A DNA stretch of 35,566 nt from Monocercomonoides exilis PA203 (lineage: Eukaryota; Protista; Preaxostyla), in assembly GCA_001643675.2 (NCBI GenBank), contig LSRY02000088.1, forward strand, positions 1 to 35,566, written 5' to 3'. The notes under the pieces are model-generated. The model was not told the DNA's origin. It was given only the letters and a program-made list of their open reading frames with translations, and ran no database searches. Below, piece by piece: positions 23,701 to 35,566 of this stretch. The position numbers and the translations under genes were made by a program. Position 1 is the first letter of the stretch, and each line of letters opens with the position of its first letter.

Positions 23701-26700
23701 CTATCCTCTCGAATGCTAATGTGCTGTCGATGACTGACTGCGCGGTTGTGCCAGCTGCTTCGGGTGCTTCTGTTTCGTATTGCCTTGCGAAGATCACAAG
23801 TGGAAAATTGTTAATAACCCGCTTTGCTGCTCCTCTTGTACAGAAGCTGAGTTTCGGCAATGCACCTTTGTTGCCATCAGCGGAAGCGCCTCTGCAGATT
23901 TCGACACTTTGGATGTGAATGGAATGACGACTACTAGCAGCGATGGGCTGATATCTGTTGACTCGACAGGCACCACAACCATCAATAACAGCACATTCCA
24001 CGGCTCAAATCTCATCAGCTCTGCATTTGTCTCCAGCTCCTCAGGAACATATTCGATAACTATAAAGAACACCACTTTTGAAGAGATAAAAAGAACAGCA
24101 GGAGATGGTTCATGTGTGTTTCTGAACACCAGAAGTGGCTTTGCGAGCTCGTTCACAGCAAGCAACTGCACATTCACAAAATGCACAGCGACTGAAAATG
24201 GCAAAGGAGGTGGAGCCATTGCGCTTCACATCAACAGTCAATCGGTACTCACACTCGAGTCATCTGCATTCACGTCGTGTCAGGCACCTAAGCCAAGTGC
24301 AGGCTCAAAAGGGAAGGGAGGCGCCATTCTCATCGATTTCTCTGAAGTCAACACCAGATATCTTCTCACAAATACCCTGAGCTTTGCCTCAAACACAGCT
24401 GAGCATGGCAATGATTTGTTTGTGTCCTCTGTCGATCTGGCATCCAGCATCACCACAGCTGCCTTCCAGTTCTTCCGTCAAGATGCGCCATTTGCTCCTG
24501 AAAGCTGTGCTGGAACCGATTCCAAATGGCCGAGTGTTGTTATCCCTCTTGTGTTTTATCTGCTGCCTCGTGAGTCAGCGGTGCATGTGCTTTCAGAAGG
24601 AAACGATGTGTCTGCATGCGGATTCGCAGGTTATGGGTGTCAGACGATTACCTTTGCACTGACGCAGCGAACAGACAAGTTAGAAGAACTGATTGTGCAT
24701 CCAGTCTATGCACTCAGCGAGACAATCACCCTCAGGTACCAGCGAGATCACCTTTGAAGGAACAGTGGCAGAAACAAAGATGAGGATGATTGGCACCCAG
24801 ACAGGAGCATCAGAAGCGATGATAAGAATGGAGCAAGCATCAGCATGGAAACATCTCGCCTTTTGCCTGCAGCCAACCATCCCCAGCCCTCAATCATCGG
24901 TGTTTCTTGTGTGCAGTGCAAATGCGATGCTCAATCTGGAGGACTGCTCAATACTAGCTGAACGAGGTGAAGAAAAATGCGCTTTTGGGTTTTTGAGTGT
25001 TGCTGAAGGCTCGTTTGCGATGACTCGATTCACAGTGAATTCAATCGGGTTCCAGTCAGCCGAGATGGTGAAAGTGTGCAGCAAAGGGAGTGGATCAATT
25101 GACTCATGCACATGGATAAATATCACATCTGCTGTTGAAACAGGAATCATCGCATACTCATCAGCAGGCACATTGAGCATGCACAACACATCAATCAGCC
25201 AGTCTGCCTCTTCATGCTGCTCATTTCTGGAAGACAAGCACGGCAAAAGTCTGGTTGCTGAAAACAACACTTTTTCAGGGATCACGAAAAACGAAGGGAA
25301 CGGAAGCGTGATCAAGACAGACATTGGAGAAAACGAGTCGCTGGAGCTGAACGACATCTCAGTTGATAGCTGTTCTTCGGTGAGGGGATGCGGTGGAGGG
25401 GTACATCAGCACAAGCTCCTCTGCCAAAATTCGGATTGGCAAAGAAGGCACAGCCACAAGATTTACCAGGTGCAGCGCAAAGGGAACATTGCCAAAATGC
25501 GGATTTGGAGGAGGAATATTTCTGAAGTGTGCAGACTGGCTGGCTGATCTTGTCCTCACAGCTGTTTCCTATGGAACAGATGGAGACAGTACAAGCAATG
25601 AAGCAGAGGGAGAAGGAAGCAATGTGTTTGTTGAAGGATACAGCCTGGACAAAATCGTCACCAATCAGTCATTCAAGTTCGATATCGACAAAGAGTCAAC
25701 AGCTGAGTTTGGGAAGCTGTGTGGGTTTGAAGATGGGAATGTTTCGTATGCTATTCCTTTGGTTGTGTTTCTGCTGATGTTTGAGCCTCCTGCAATTGTA
25801 GGAGGAAACACTGGATTTGACTATCGGATGTGCGGTGTTTCGATATACCCCTGTGCAACAATCCCCTTTGCGATCTCCAAGCGCTTTCCAGCATCCAATT
25901 CATCTGGCGCATCCATCAGGCTGACAGCAGACTTTTCCTTCAAGGATGCCATATCTTTTGACACACAGCCAACAGAAGTGAGTGCTGAGCAGATTGGAGG
26001 CGTGATTGATGTGAGGAGTGATGGAATGGGAGAAGGTACTGGATTGTTGTGCTCTTCGGTGAATGTGAAGTTCAGTGAAATTGTGTTTGGACTGCCAGGC
26101 TCATTCGACGAGACCTCACGCACTTCTCTGTTTCTGTGCTCATCAGCCACTCTTACCATTCACAGATGCGAGTTTCAAAACAGCAGCAGCTTAGTTGTTG
26201 AGTACAGGATCATATACGTAACAAGTGGGAAAGTGGAATTGAATGGATGTAAAATGAAGGACTTTGCAATGGGAAATGCTGAGATTATTGCACTTGATGG
26301 AAACAATGCTGAATGTTCGATTGAAGGAATGGAAGCATCAAAGTTGAGCAGAGAAGAAGATGGAGCACTGATTTTGATTTCAAGTGGAAAAAAATTGATT
26401 GAGAACAGCAACATCGAAAATTCTACGATGGCTAACAACAACCACATCACAATTAATTCACTGGCAAATGGTCTTCTGAAGAATGTGACATTTTCGAATC
26501 TGAGCAGAACAAATGGGGACGGAGGAGTGATTGCGGGTGAATTGGGTGCTGGCGAGGTGTTGGGTGTGGAGAACTGCTCATTTATACGCTGTATTTGCTA
26601 TTCTGGGAGAACGATCGGAGGGTGTATGCTGATGGATGTGGAAGAAGGGGGCACATTCCGATTCGAGAGAAACAAAGTGGAGTTCTGCATTGTGTCCAGC

Positions 26701-29700
26701 GGAGATGGGTATGGGGAGGGTTGTTCCTCACGTTTGGCTCTTCCCATCTCGATTACTCGATGAGGAACAACACGTTCGAGAACAACGGAGCATTGCGCGG
26801 GAAGGATGCGTATGTTGTCTGCGAAGAGCCAGGGGCAGCAATCCTTCTGATGTATTGGAATGGGTCAGCTTCTGAAGGCACTGCCCCTGACCGCCTGTGG
26901 GTGCGCCGTCTGTCTGAACCAGCAGACGGAGGTGCAACAATGATCGATTATCTGTTCCCTCCACCGACTTCGTTTGTGTTTGTGGATGGCAGTGCCTCGG
27001 CTGTTGAGAACTGTGGATCGAAGCGAAGCCCATGCACCTCAGTGGAGCTTGGCTTTCAGAAAATGGACTCCTCCCACACAATCATCCAGCTCGAAGAAAC
27101 ACCCCCATCGATGCTGTTGTGAACAGGCACGGAGTCTCACTCACCATCCAAAGCAATTCCACAACAAAAGCAATGATATTTGGAAGAAATGGAAAGTTCG
27201 AGCTGCTTGAAGGAAGTCGCTCAACCACTCTCACCTTTTCCAGGCTGGGCTTTGCGCTTCCATCGTCTCCCAATCCTTCGCAAGAAATAGGTTCACTTGT
27301 GGAAGTTAGCATTGGTCAATGCTCATTCTTAGATTGCACATTTGAGCAAGGAAGCAGCAGCAATTCCAACCCTTCGAAATGGATTGTTTCAGGAGGTGGC
27401 GGAGTTGTGCACTTTGACTCATGCACTTTCGGCAATATTCCATTTCAGACAGCTGGAGTTATTTTGATTGACGGAACATCGCTTTTGTTGGAGGCCTGCA
27501 GCTTTTCTTCTATCTCTTCTGATGCACGAAAGGGTTTGATAACTGGAAGCGGGAATTGCGATATAACGCTGAAGGATACAGGATTTGCGAATTGCGAGAC
27601 GACAAATGGACACATGTTAGAGATGACTCAACCGAAGTCTGTTGAAATCTCAGGGGCATGCACATTCGAAGGATGCACTTCGACAGAAGGGGATGGAGAG
27701 GCTCTTTATTGTGTTCTGGAGGAGAAGGATCTTTGGTGATGAACAAAACATCAATTGTGTCTTGTGGGGTGAATGCTGTTAATGGGAGAGGAGGCGGAAT
27801 CTATCTCGATTTGAAGGAGAATGTCAATGCCTATTTGTTTTCTGATTTAACATTCAGCGGAAATGAGGCGTTTGAAGGGAAAGACATGTTTGTGAGAAGC
27901 GCTGATTTGAACGCGTCAATCATTCCATCTCTGTTTGATTTCGAGTATTTTGGAGCAGACGGAGAGATTAAAATCGATATGAAAGGAAGAGACGAAACGC
28001 ATTTTGTGAGCGTTTCAGCAGATCTGCTGGTGAAATATTCTTCGTCGACAATAAGCGTTGGATTGGCTGGAATCGACTTTATTGGGTGTGGAAAGGCAGA
28101 AATTCCATGTCGAACATTGCAGTGGGGTATGAATAATCTGCAGACATCAGAAGATTTGCGGTTGTGTTTTGTTGAAATTCTGGATGAAGTGGCAATATGC
28201 GAGTGCTATGAATTTGGCCTTTCTCAGCTCAGCATTGGATTGTCGTCTGCAGTTGATTCGCATGCATTTGCCAAACTGTCAATTTCTCAAACAGCAAGCG
28301 GATCGAGCCAATCAATTTTCAACTTGAACAATTCCCTTTCGTTTTCTTCTGTGCAGTTCCATCTGCCTGCGTTCTTCTCAAATGGACAGTCTTCCGTTGT
28401 TTCATCATCTGACGGATATCTCACCTTTAACTCAACCTCATTCCATTCAAATGCCACTTCTGCGCTGGAATATGTTCTTGTGCTGAGCAAAAGAGGAACA
28501 GTGGAGCTGTTGAATGTATCTGCTTCTTCGTTGGTGTTTGCATACAGCCCCTTCAGGCTTTCATCTTATGCCACACTTGAAAGGTGCAATTTCTGCAACA
28601 TAAATGCGCCTTCGAACATTGAAGGCGGCGCAATGTCTGTCTGTCTGGAGCGATCAGACCTGCTGCGTGTAAAGAGCTGCCAAGCAGAGCTGTGCAAATG
28701 CTCCACAGAAAGAGGCAGAGGAGGGTTTTTGCATATCGACTGCTCGAAGTCTGCAGCAGCAAAACCCTTCCGATTCGAAGGCAGCATGGTGTTTGAAGCA
28801 AACGATGCTCACCAAGGCAGAAACATCTTTGTTGTTTCTGAGAACTTAAACTCGTCAGTCTCTTTGGCAACATTTGCCTTCTCATTCGAGGAGATGAAGA
28901 GCGACAGCAACGCATTTGTGGGGAAAGAGGAGAAGATGAATTGTGGGATTTGTTCCGATATTTGGTTCCTTATTCAGCTTCCGCAATCCATCTATCAGAT
29001 GCTGGGGCAGATGTGATGAGATGTGGAAGCGCAGATGATCCGTGCTGCTCGTTCTGGAAAGGGATGCAGCAGATCAGCAACGAGGCCTCGCCAAAGCTCA
29101 TCTCCATCTCCAAATCCACTGAAGTTACCAACACCTTCACTCTCTCCAACTTCACCATCCAATCAAGCTCGTTGGAGGAAGAAGAAAACAGGAGTCGATG
29201 CTTCTGTTTAGGAAAAGGCAGGAGAAGTATCAGAGCCGTTTTTGCGATGCACAGCGGAACTGTCCCTAAAGTATATTTCATTGATCATTGCATCGAGCTT
29301 CGACAATTCTGCTTCGGAAGTGATTTTGAGTGAAAGTGGGATGGTGTCTTTGGGGCAGTGCTCGCTGGGAGCAGAAGTTATGTTGGGAGGGATACAAATT
29401 AGCAGGTGTAGCTTTATTGTCTGCGTTAGAGGGCAGCTTTCACTTGTTGATGTGGCGATGAAATCAGCGAGCACGGAAAAAGCGCAATTATTATGGGCAC
29501 TGGTGTTTGTGAGATCAAGAACTTCACGTGCTCGTTTGTGAACATTTCAGATGGGAGCATCTTTGAGACTATGGAAGTGGCAGGCTCAGCAAAGGGGTGA
29601 ATGCGAATGAAAAAAGCGAATTGAGGCTGAACTCGTCAACAATATCATCAGTAAGCAGAACAGACAACGGGGCATCAGTTATCGATAGCAAAAGAGAAAG

Positions 29701-32700
29701 AGATTTTTGGATTGAGATGGATGGGACTTCAGTGAGCGATTGCAAGGCGGGGCAAAGCCAAAAGGAGGAGCTGTGTTTGTGAAATTGGGTGAGGGCGGAA
29801 GATTTTCTGTAATGAGATCTACGATGATGCGGTGCTGCTGCTCAGACGAAGGGAAAGGAGGCGTGTTTTACATCGAGGCAATGAGAAGCGGGGTGCTGGA
29901 CTTTGTGTTCCAGAGCGTGTCGTTTGCAGGGAACACTGCAAAGGTGGGGAACGATATTTATGTGTCGTGCCAGAACATAACAGCACAGATCAATGAGACA
30001 CAGTTCAGGTTTGATCTGCGAGAAGGGGTGTATGTGAGGCAGAATGCGATCTATGGAATCGATGCAACAGATCACATAGCAGATACAAATCTCATGGACT
30101 TTATCACAATCTACCAGTCAGACACGATTGTAGTGTCGTCTCTGAGCGAATATGGAGGGAAAACGAGAGACAGTGCGGCACATATGTTCTGCCTTGCTTG
30201 TCGCTGGGTTATGCCATTTCGCATGTGACTTCAGATTTTGATTCACGTCTGATTGTCGACGGAGGGACCTTCATTGAAGAAGATCTCACGCTGGATAGGC
30301 TTCTTCTTGCTTCGCGATCGAAGTCTCAGAGCAACGTAACAATAAATTCCATCGCATCATCAGCGAATGAAGCTGTGATTGCAACTTTGGAAGCTGTTTC
30401 GATTGCGAATCTTTGGTTTATTTTTGAGCAAGATTTTGTATGTTCACATTCGTCTTTCATCTCTCCTCGTTGTGGAGTGGTTGAGCTGGCAAACTGCTCG
30501 TTTTCATCTGAATCGAGCCTTCCGCTGTTTTCTCTTTTAGACTTCAGCGAGGGGAATGGAACAATAACCTCCTGCTTATTTTCGTCGCTCACTCTTCTGT
30601 CTTGTGTTATCCATGTTTCTTCTTCGTGCTTTGTTTCTGTAGCCTCTTCCGAGTTCTGCTTGATGAGTTCAGCTGCCGGAGCAATAGTTTGTGAGAACAG
30701 CAAAGAAATCAGTGTTGCTCACACGAAGTTTGCAAACAACTCGATTGCCTCATCTTTTGCCTCTTCAACAGCAAATCCCTTGACATGTATATCTGCATCT
30801 TCAGTTGCGGATATCATACTTTCAAATTGCTCTTTCTGGGGATTACCACACACGATGGACAGAGGAATTCTGGTAAAATTTGTGTGTGTCCGAAAGTTCT
30901 GTTTGATCTTTGTGAATTGGAAGGAAATAAGAATTCAGAAGTTATGGACAACAGCATCTGCAATACAAATGAGCTGTGTTCGTGGAATGGCTCACTTGCA
31001 GATGTGCAAAACAGCACCTCTACGATGAAAGATACCACGATTGCAAACAGCTCGATAGGAGGAATGAGCGTGTTTGGAGGGAGCATGATGATTGAAGATG
31101 GAAAATTCATGAACAACAACCCGAAGATAGAAAATTATCAATCAGTTCGGAGAAATATCGTTTGCTCAGGCTCAGGGTTGTTGAAGGTGGCAAGTGTGAA
31201 AGGAGGAGACGGAGTGAAGGAGGGGTCGTCGTTGTGGGTGCTGAACGAAGGGTGCACACTGGGCGGGATAGCAGAAGAAAGAGAATCAGTGTTTTTCATT
31301 CCGGAACTGGAAAATGTGGAGGCGGAGGAGGATGGGAGTGTGACGAGGCTGAAGTTCGTTGGGCTGCTTCTTGTGCCGTGCAATCTGTCGTTTCGGGTGG
31401 TGAAGAGGGTTGGGTCGGAGGAGTTGGTGGAGAGATACTCGTTTGAAGAGGGAGGGTTTGTATCGGAGGCAGAAGTGTTGGGGGCAGTGCCTTCAAAGAC
31501 GATTTATGAGGCAGGAGAGGAGACAGAAGTGTCGGTGTGCATTCTGTTTGGAAATGCAGAGACACCTTCTTCAACAAAAGCATTTGTTTTGAAGAACGGA
31601 AGCGATCCGAAAGCAAGTGGTGATGGAAAGCTTGCTGAAGGAGGAAAAGATGGAAAATTATCATGGGCATTGATTGTGATTGTGATGTTTGCTGTATTGT
31701 TTTTGATTGCTTTTGTTGGATTTATTTTGTTTGTTGTTCGGTGGAGAAAGCAGAAGAGAAGGACAAAAGAGCTGGAGGTGATTGTGGAAGACACAGTGAG
31801 GAAGGATCCGAAGACGTTTGAGATGGTGACGATGGAGATGTCGCCTGAGGAGCAGTGGCGAAGAGCAGAGAGGAGGCAGAGAAGAAGAATGAAGAGAGGA
31901 TAAAGAAAAGAATAAATGACAAAATAGAACACTCTGAGTCATCGGAGCATCTTTTAAGTGAGAATGGATCGACTGAATATATCCTTGGGAGAGACTCAGA
32001 CAAGATTCCTCAATGGGCGCTGGAGAAAATGGAAGATGAAGATAAGGATGAGGAAGATACAAGAAAGAGAACACCCTCACCTTCCATTTCATCCACTTCG
32101 ACCACAGACACTTTAGACACAGACTCTTCTTTTTTATTCGCGGCGGGAGGAACTGTGTCCAACCACCTCGTCGATGTCGAATCTGGTGGATGCGATGGCC
32201 TGCTCATCTCCTCATGAGAAACTGATTGTGGATCTGAGGGATTCCCTGTTCATGCTTCTTCACGGAAGGAACAAGACAAAGGAGATGCCGATCGGGTCGC
32301 TGGAGAGAGAGAAGTGACAGCTGCGCAGATCCTGTTCTGGGTGGCGAATGGGGCGCTTCACTCCTTTGAGAATGATAAATTTGATCTTCCATCCTTAATA
32401 AATCTAAGCCCTCACATTGTTTTGTTTTCAGAGCACATGATAATTGCCATTGTGCTTCGCTCGGGGCTGCTCTTCTTCTGATGAGTCTGATTCATCTTCA
32501 GTCTCGTCATCCTCGATTGCAACATCTTCGTCTGATATTTCGTTGAAGAGCGAGAGGTTCACCGACTCGCCACCACCGTCGTCAGCGTTTGAGGATGATG
32601 AAGATTATTGGAAGGAGTGTTTACGGTGGAAGGCGCCGGAGCTACTTTCAAACAAAAAATTGGGAGCAGAAAGGAAAACTGTTGCATTTTCGATTGGAAT

Positions 32701-32980
32701 GATGCTGTGGGAATGTCTGAGCTTGAAGATTCCGTTTGGAGAGTTTGAAGCAAAAACAGCTGGGCAAAAGATTATGAATGGAGAAAGGCCTCCATTTGTT
32801 AGTATTAATAATTCATCGTTGATAAAAATTGTGGACGAATGCCTATCGTTTGAACCTCTGAAAAGACCAACTCTTATCAATCTCAAAAGAGAGTTCATTC
32901 AGATGTTTCCTGATGGATCTGCAATGCTTACTGTTTCTGATGCAATAGATATTTGTATTCAGTCAGATGTTGAACAATAA
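20722..32980 (+). CDS. Giant (~4,000 aa) type I membrane protein: signal peptide, Pmp-like/right-handed beta-helix ectodomain, one TM helix, cytoplasmic pseudokinase C-lobe; broken by many frameshifts
   Basis: A chain of overlapping plus-strand ORFs. It has a hydrophobic N-terminus (MNFILKQVIFVVLFFGIC), many GGA(I/L/V) and FxxN/FxxC motifs, and 8 CGxxxxPC modules. The TM segment WALIVIVMFAVLFLIAFVGFILFVV (~31664-31738) is followed by RWRKQKRR. The tail contains LRWKAPELL...FSIGMMLWECLSLKIPF...CLSFEPLKRPT. Confidence 0.88.
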
Positions 32981-33067
32981 GAAATTTCATCCAGAAATTT
33001 AATCTGTGATTAATAGAAAGATTTTAAACCAAAATTATGATATATATGTATTTAAAGAATTATATTT

Positions 33068-33091
33068 ATTATTATTATTATTATTATTATT
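33068..33091. repeat. (TAT)n microsatellite
   Basis: A short tattattat run in intergenic AT-rich DNA. Confidence 0.7.
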
Positions 33092-33319
33092 TTCTATATG
33101 TAATAGTTTGTAGATTTATTTTTATTTGAATGAAAATCAATTATGTAGTATTTATGTAAATTATTTGGATTATTAATATGTTAAATTTAATTCTTTGAAT
33201 TCTTTATTCTAATTGGATCGTTAGTTATGATCCTTTAAAATTATATATTTATAGCGCACAATTCACAAAAATCAAAATTGATCTTAATTATTTTCCCATT
33301 TTAATATTTATTCAATTTA

Positions 33320-34349
33320 ATGAGCAGCGATACTTTAATTCGCTTTTAAATCTCTAAAAATGAAGATGGATTTTCAGAACTCAACAAAAAGTTTGAATAT
33401 TTAGAGAAAAAGGTTTGCTTTTCATGTCACATATTATTATAATTTGGAATTATTGTTCATATGTGTAATATTATTTAGAAAGAGCAACAAGAAGTCGAGC
33501 TTGAAGCTCATGAAGTTGATAAAATAAACCGTCAGCAGGCATACTCTTCAACAAAACGTTCAATGAGAAATTGGCAAGGATTTGTGATGGATCAACGAAG
33601 GGTTTTTATCGATTTTTTGAAGTTTTGAATAAGAAACTAATAAATATACTATGTTTTTGTAATTCAGAAAGAATCTGTATCATTTCCTTTGAATTTCCAG
33701 ACCAGAAATACGCCAAATCTTGCTGGATTTTCAACATCAAAATCAATACCTTCATTAAAAACAAAGCTGGAACTTGATCTCGAGCAAGCTCTTCCGCATG
33801 AAGAAAAACGAGGGAAAAATCTAAATTAATTAAGAAAATGCAGCATGGAGATCCTCTTCCAAAATTCAAATTACACCTGAAGAATTCAAGGAGAAACAAA
33901 GGCATTTGGCAAAACTTCGAGCTTTGCTATCATATCAAGCTGTAAAAGGAAAAAGACAAAACAAAATTAAAAGTAAAAATTATCGAAAAATGAAGCGAAG
34001 AGCAGAAGAAGATAAACTTAAGAAACAATTGGAAGGATCAGAAGCAGTGAAAGGAGGGACTTTTACAGGTAATTTATCTTTAAAAGAATTGAAAAAATAG
34101 GAGCTGGAGGTGATCTTAAAGTGGCAATAGAGCGAGCGAAGCTTGACAGAGCAAAAGAGCGAGCAACGCTTAAACATAAAAATACATCACGATGGATTCA
34201 AAGACAACTCAGACTAATGAAAAAGGAGGAGGAGGGAATAAAATGATTGGAGGTGGAAGAGAAGCTGTTCTAGAGCAATTAAGGAAAGGTGAAGAGCTGC
34301 GAAGAAAAATTGGCTTGGAAGAGGAGGAAGATGAAGAAGATGAAGATGA

Positions 34350-34380
<31 letters not shown>

Positions 34381-35566
34381 ATAAGCGGAGAGCATCCAGA
34401 AGGTATTGAGAAAGGAGACGAGGAAATGCAAAAATGCTAAAGCTTGAAAAGCGTTTACTGCACCTTCTCAGCTTGTGCGAGATGATTACGATGAATTGAA
34501 TGGAAATGGTTCGAAAAAGATTTTGAAGAAAAATGGAGAAGAAGGCGAAAGAGGGGATTATGAAGACGATGAGAGGATGCAAAGAAAAAGAGAAGCGTTT
34601 TTATCAGGTGCAGCAGAAGTTCTTCGGCAGAAACAAGGCTTATTTGCTATGACGTTTATGCAGCGTGCAATTAAAGAGCAAATAGAGGAGGAAGGCGCAA
34701 CAGATGAAGTTCAGAAAAAGTGAAAGAAATGGAAGAGGAGGAGCAAGAAGAGATGGAATCTCAATTACTCAAACAAAAGATGAAAAATGAGAAATGTTCG
34801 TGACAGTTACGGCGATCAAGAAATGAGTGAAGATGATGGAGCAGATGAAGAGGAAGAACGTTGGGTTGCTGATCTTCCCAATTCTTCGCAATCTGCTCGG
34901 AAAGTCAAAGCACCCATTGACATCAGCCAGACAGACATTCAACGCAAACACGGTGGAAGCGATATCGATGATCTTGCAAAAAGAAAGAAACAGCCGAAGA
35001 GCAATCTCGCATCGCAACAAATCCCTGGCTGCAAAAGACGACGGCACCGTTGCAGGATGAAAAGAGAAAGAAATCGAGTATTCCTGCTTCGTCTTCTATC
35101 GCATCAACACTCAGCGCTTTGTCTTTATCTTCAAATGCTCTTTCTCTTCATACTTTGAAGCAATCAGAAGATGAGAAAAAGGAAGATGAAGAGGATGAAA
35201 GTGAAGATGGAGGCATCATTGACAGTGAAGTTAATGAGGAAGCAGATGATCTTGAGAGTGATGATGATGATGGTATGCTTTCCGCGTCGAGGCTTCGAAC
35301 GAGAGATGATCGCGCAGCAGAGAATGGGCACGTGCCAGCTGTGAAAAACGAGATATTCAGAGATGAAAAAGCTCAGAGGAGAACAGATGAAAGAGTGTTT
35401 GGAGCTTCAAAACGAATGAAATTAGAAGCAGTGGTGAAGTTGGCGAGGCCAATGGAGAAAGCGATCAGATTAAAAAAAGATAAGAAGAAAACGAAAAAAG
35501 GAGAAAAGAAAATGAAGACGAAGACAGTGAGATTGAAAAGCAGCTAAAAGAGGAAAGACAAATCAT
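33320..35566 (+). CDS. UTP14: U3 snoRNA-associated protein 14 (SSU processome), 3'-incomplete, with introns and frameshifts
   Basis: Utp14 motifs appear in order: DKINRQQAYSSTKRSMRNWQGFV, LAKLRALLSYQAVKGKRQNKIKSKNYRK, RAKERATLKHKNTSRW, EQLRKGEELRRKI and GLFAMTFMQRA. The start codon is uncertain. Confidence 0.88.

Noticed and set aside
23681-32898. Antisense ORFs within the receptor gene and within the coiled-coil gene
   Set aside because: These are shadow ORFs caused by codon bias of the sense gene.
13360-32980. Non-canonical genetic code (TAA/TAG = Gln) as in some oxymonads
   Set aside because: Long Gln-containing ORFs are open under the standard code, and the genes end at TAA.
20722-35566. 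Programmed frameshifting, RNA editing or pseudogenisation to explain the many frame breaks
   Set aside because: The breaks are mostly single-base losses, often in homopolymers, and they also affect UTP14 and the zinc-finger gene. Uncorrected long-read indels are the simpler explanation, and short-read polishing would decide it.

Overview
A eukaryotic chromosome end, most likely from an oxymonad protist (Monocercomonoides-like). That assignment is an inference from the giant receptor family, the short GT-AG introns and the standard genetic code. From left to right the window holds: (1) about 1.57 kb of (CCCTAA)n telomere. (2) A circularly permuted, doubly truncated rDNA unit on the minus strand, made of the 3' ~1 kb of the LSU, a complete intergenic spacer, the 5' ETS and only the first ~70 nt of the SSU, fused directly to the telomere. 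The spacer contains ~325-bp inverted arms around a ~190-bp tandem array, two GC-rich hairpin islands and terminator-like repeats. (3) About 2.9 kb of unexplained AT-rich DNA, starting at a fold-back junction in the LSU peptidyl-transferase region. (4) Five protein genes: a coiled-coil protein, a hypothetical protein, a 3x RanBP2-zinc-finger/RGG protein, a ~12.3-kb single-pass beta-helix receptor with a pseudokinase C-lobe, and UTP14 (incomplete). The many frameshifts look like uncorrected long-read indels. The most interesting system is the rDNA relic, whose Pol I control region points into the telomere and could drive (UUAGGG)n RNA.
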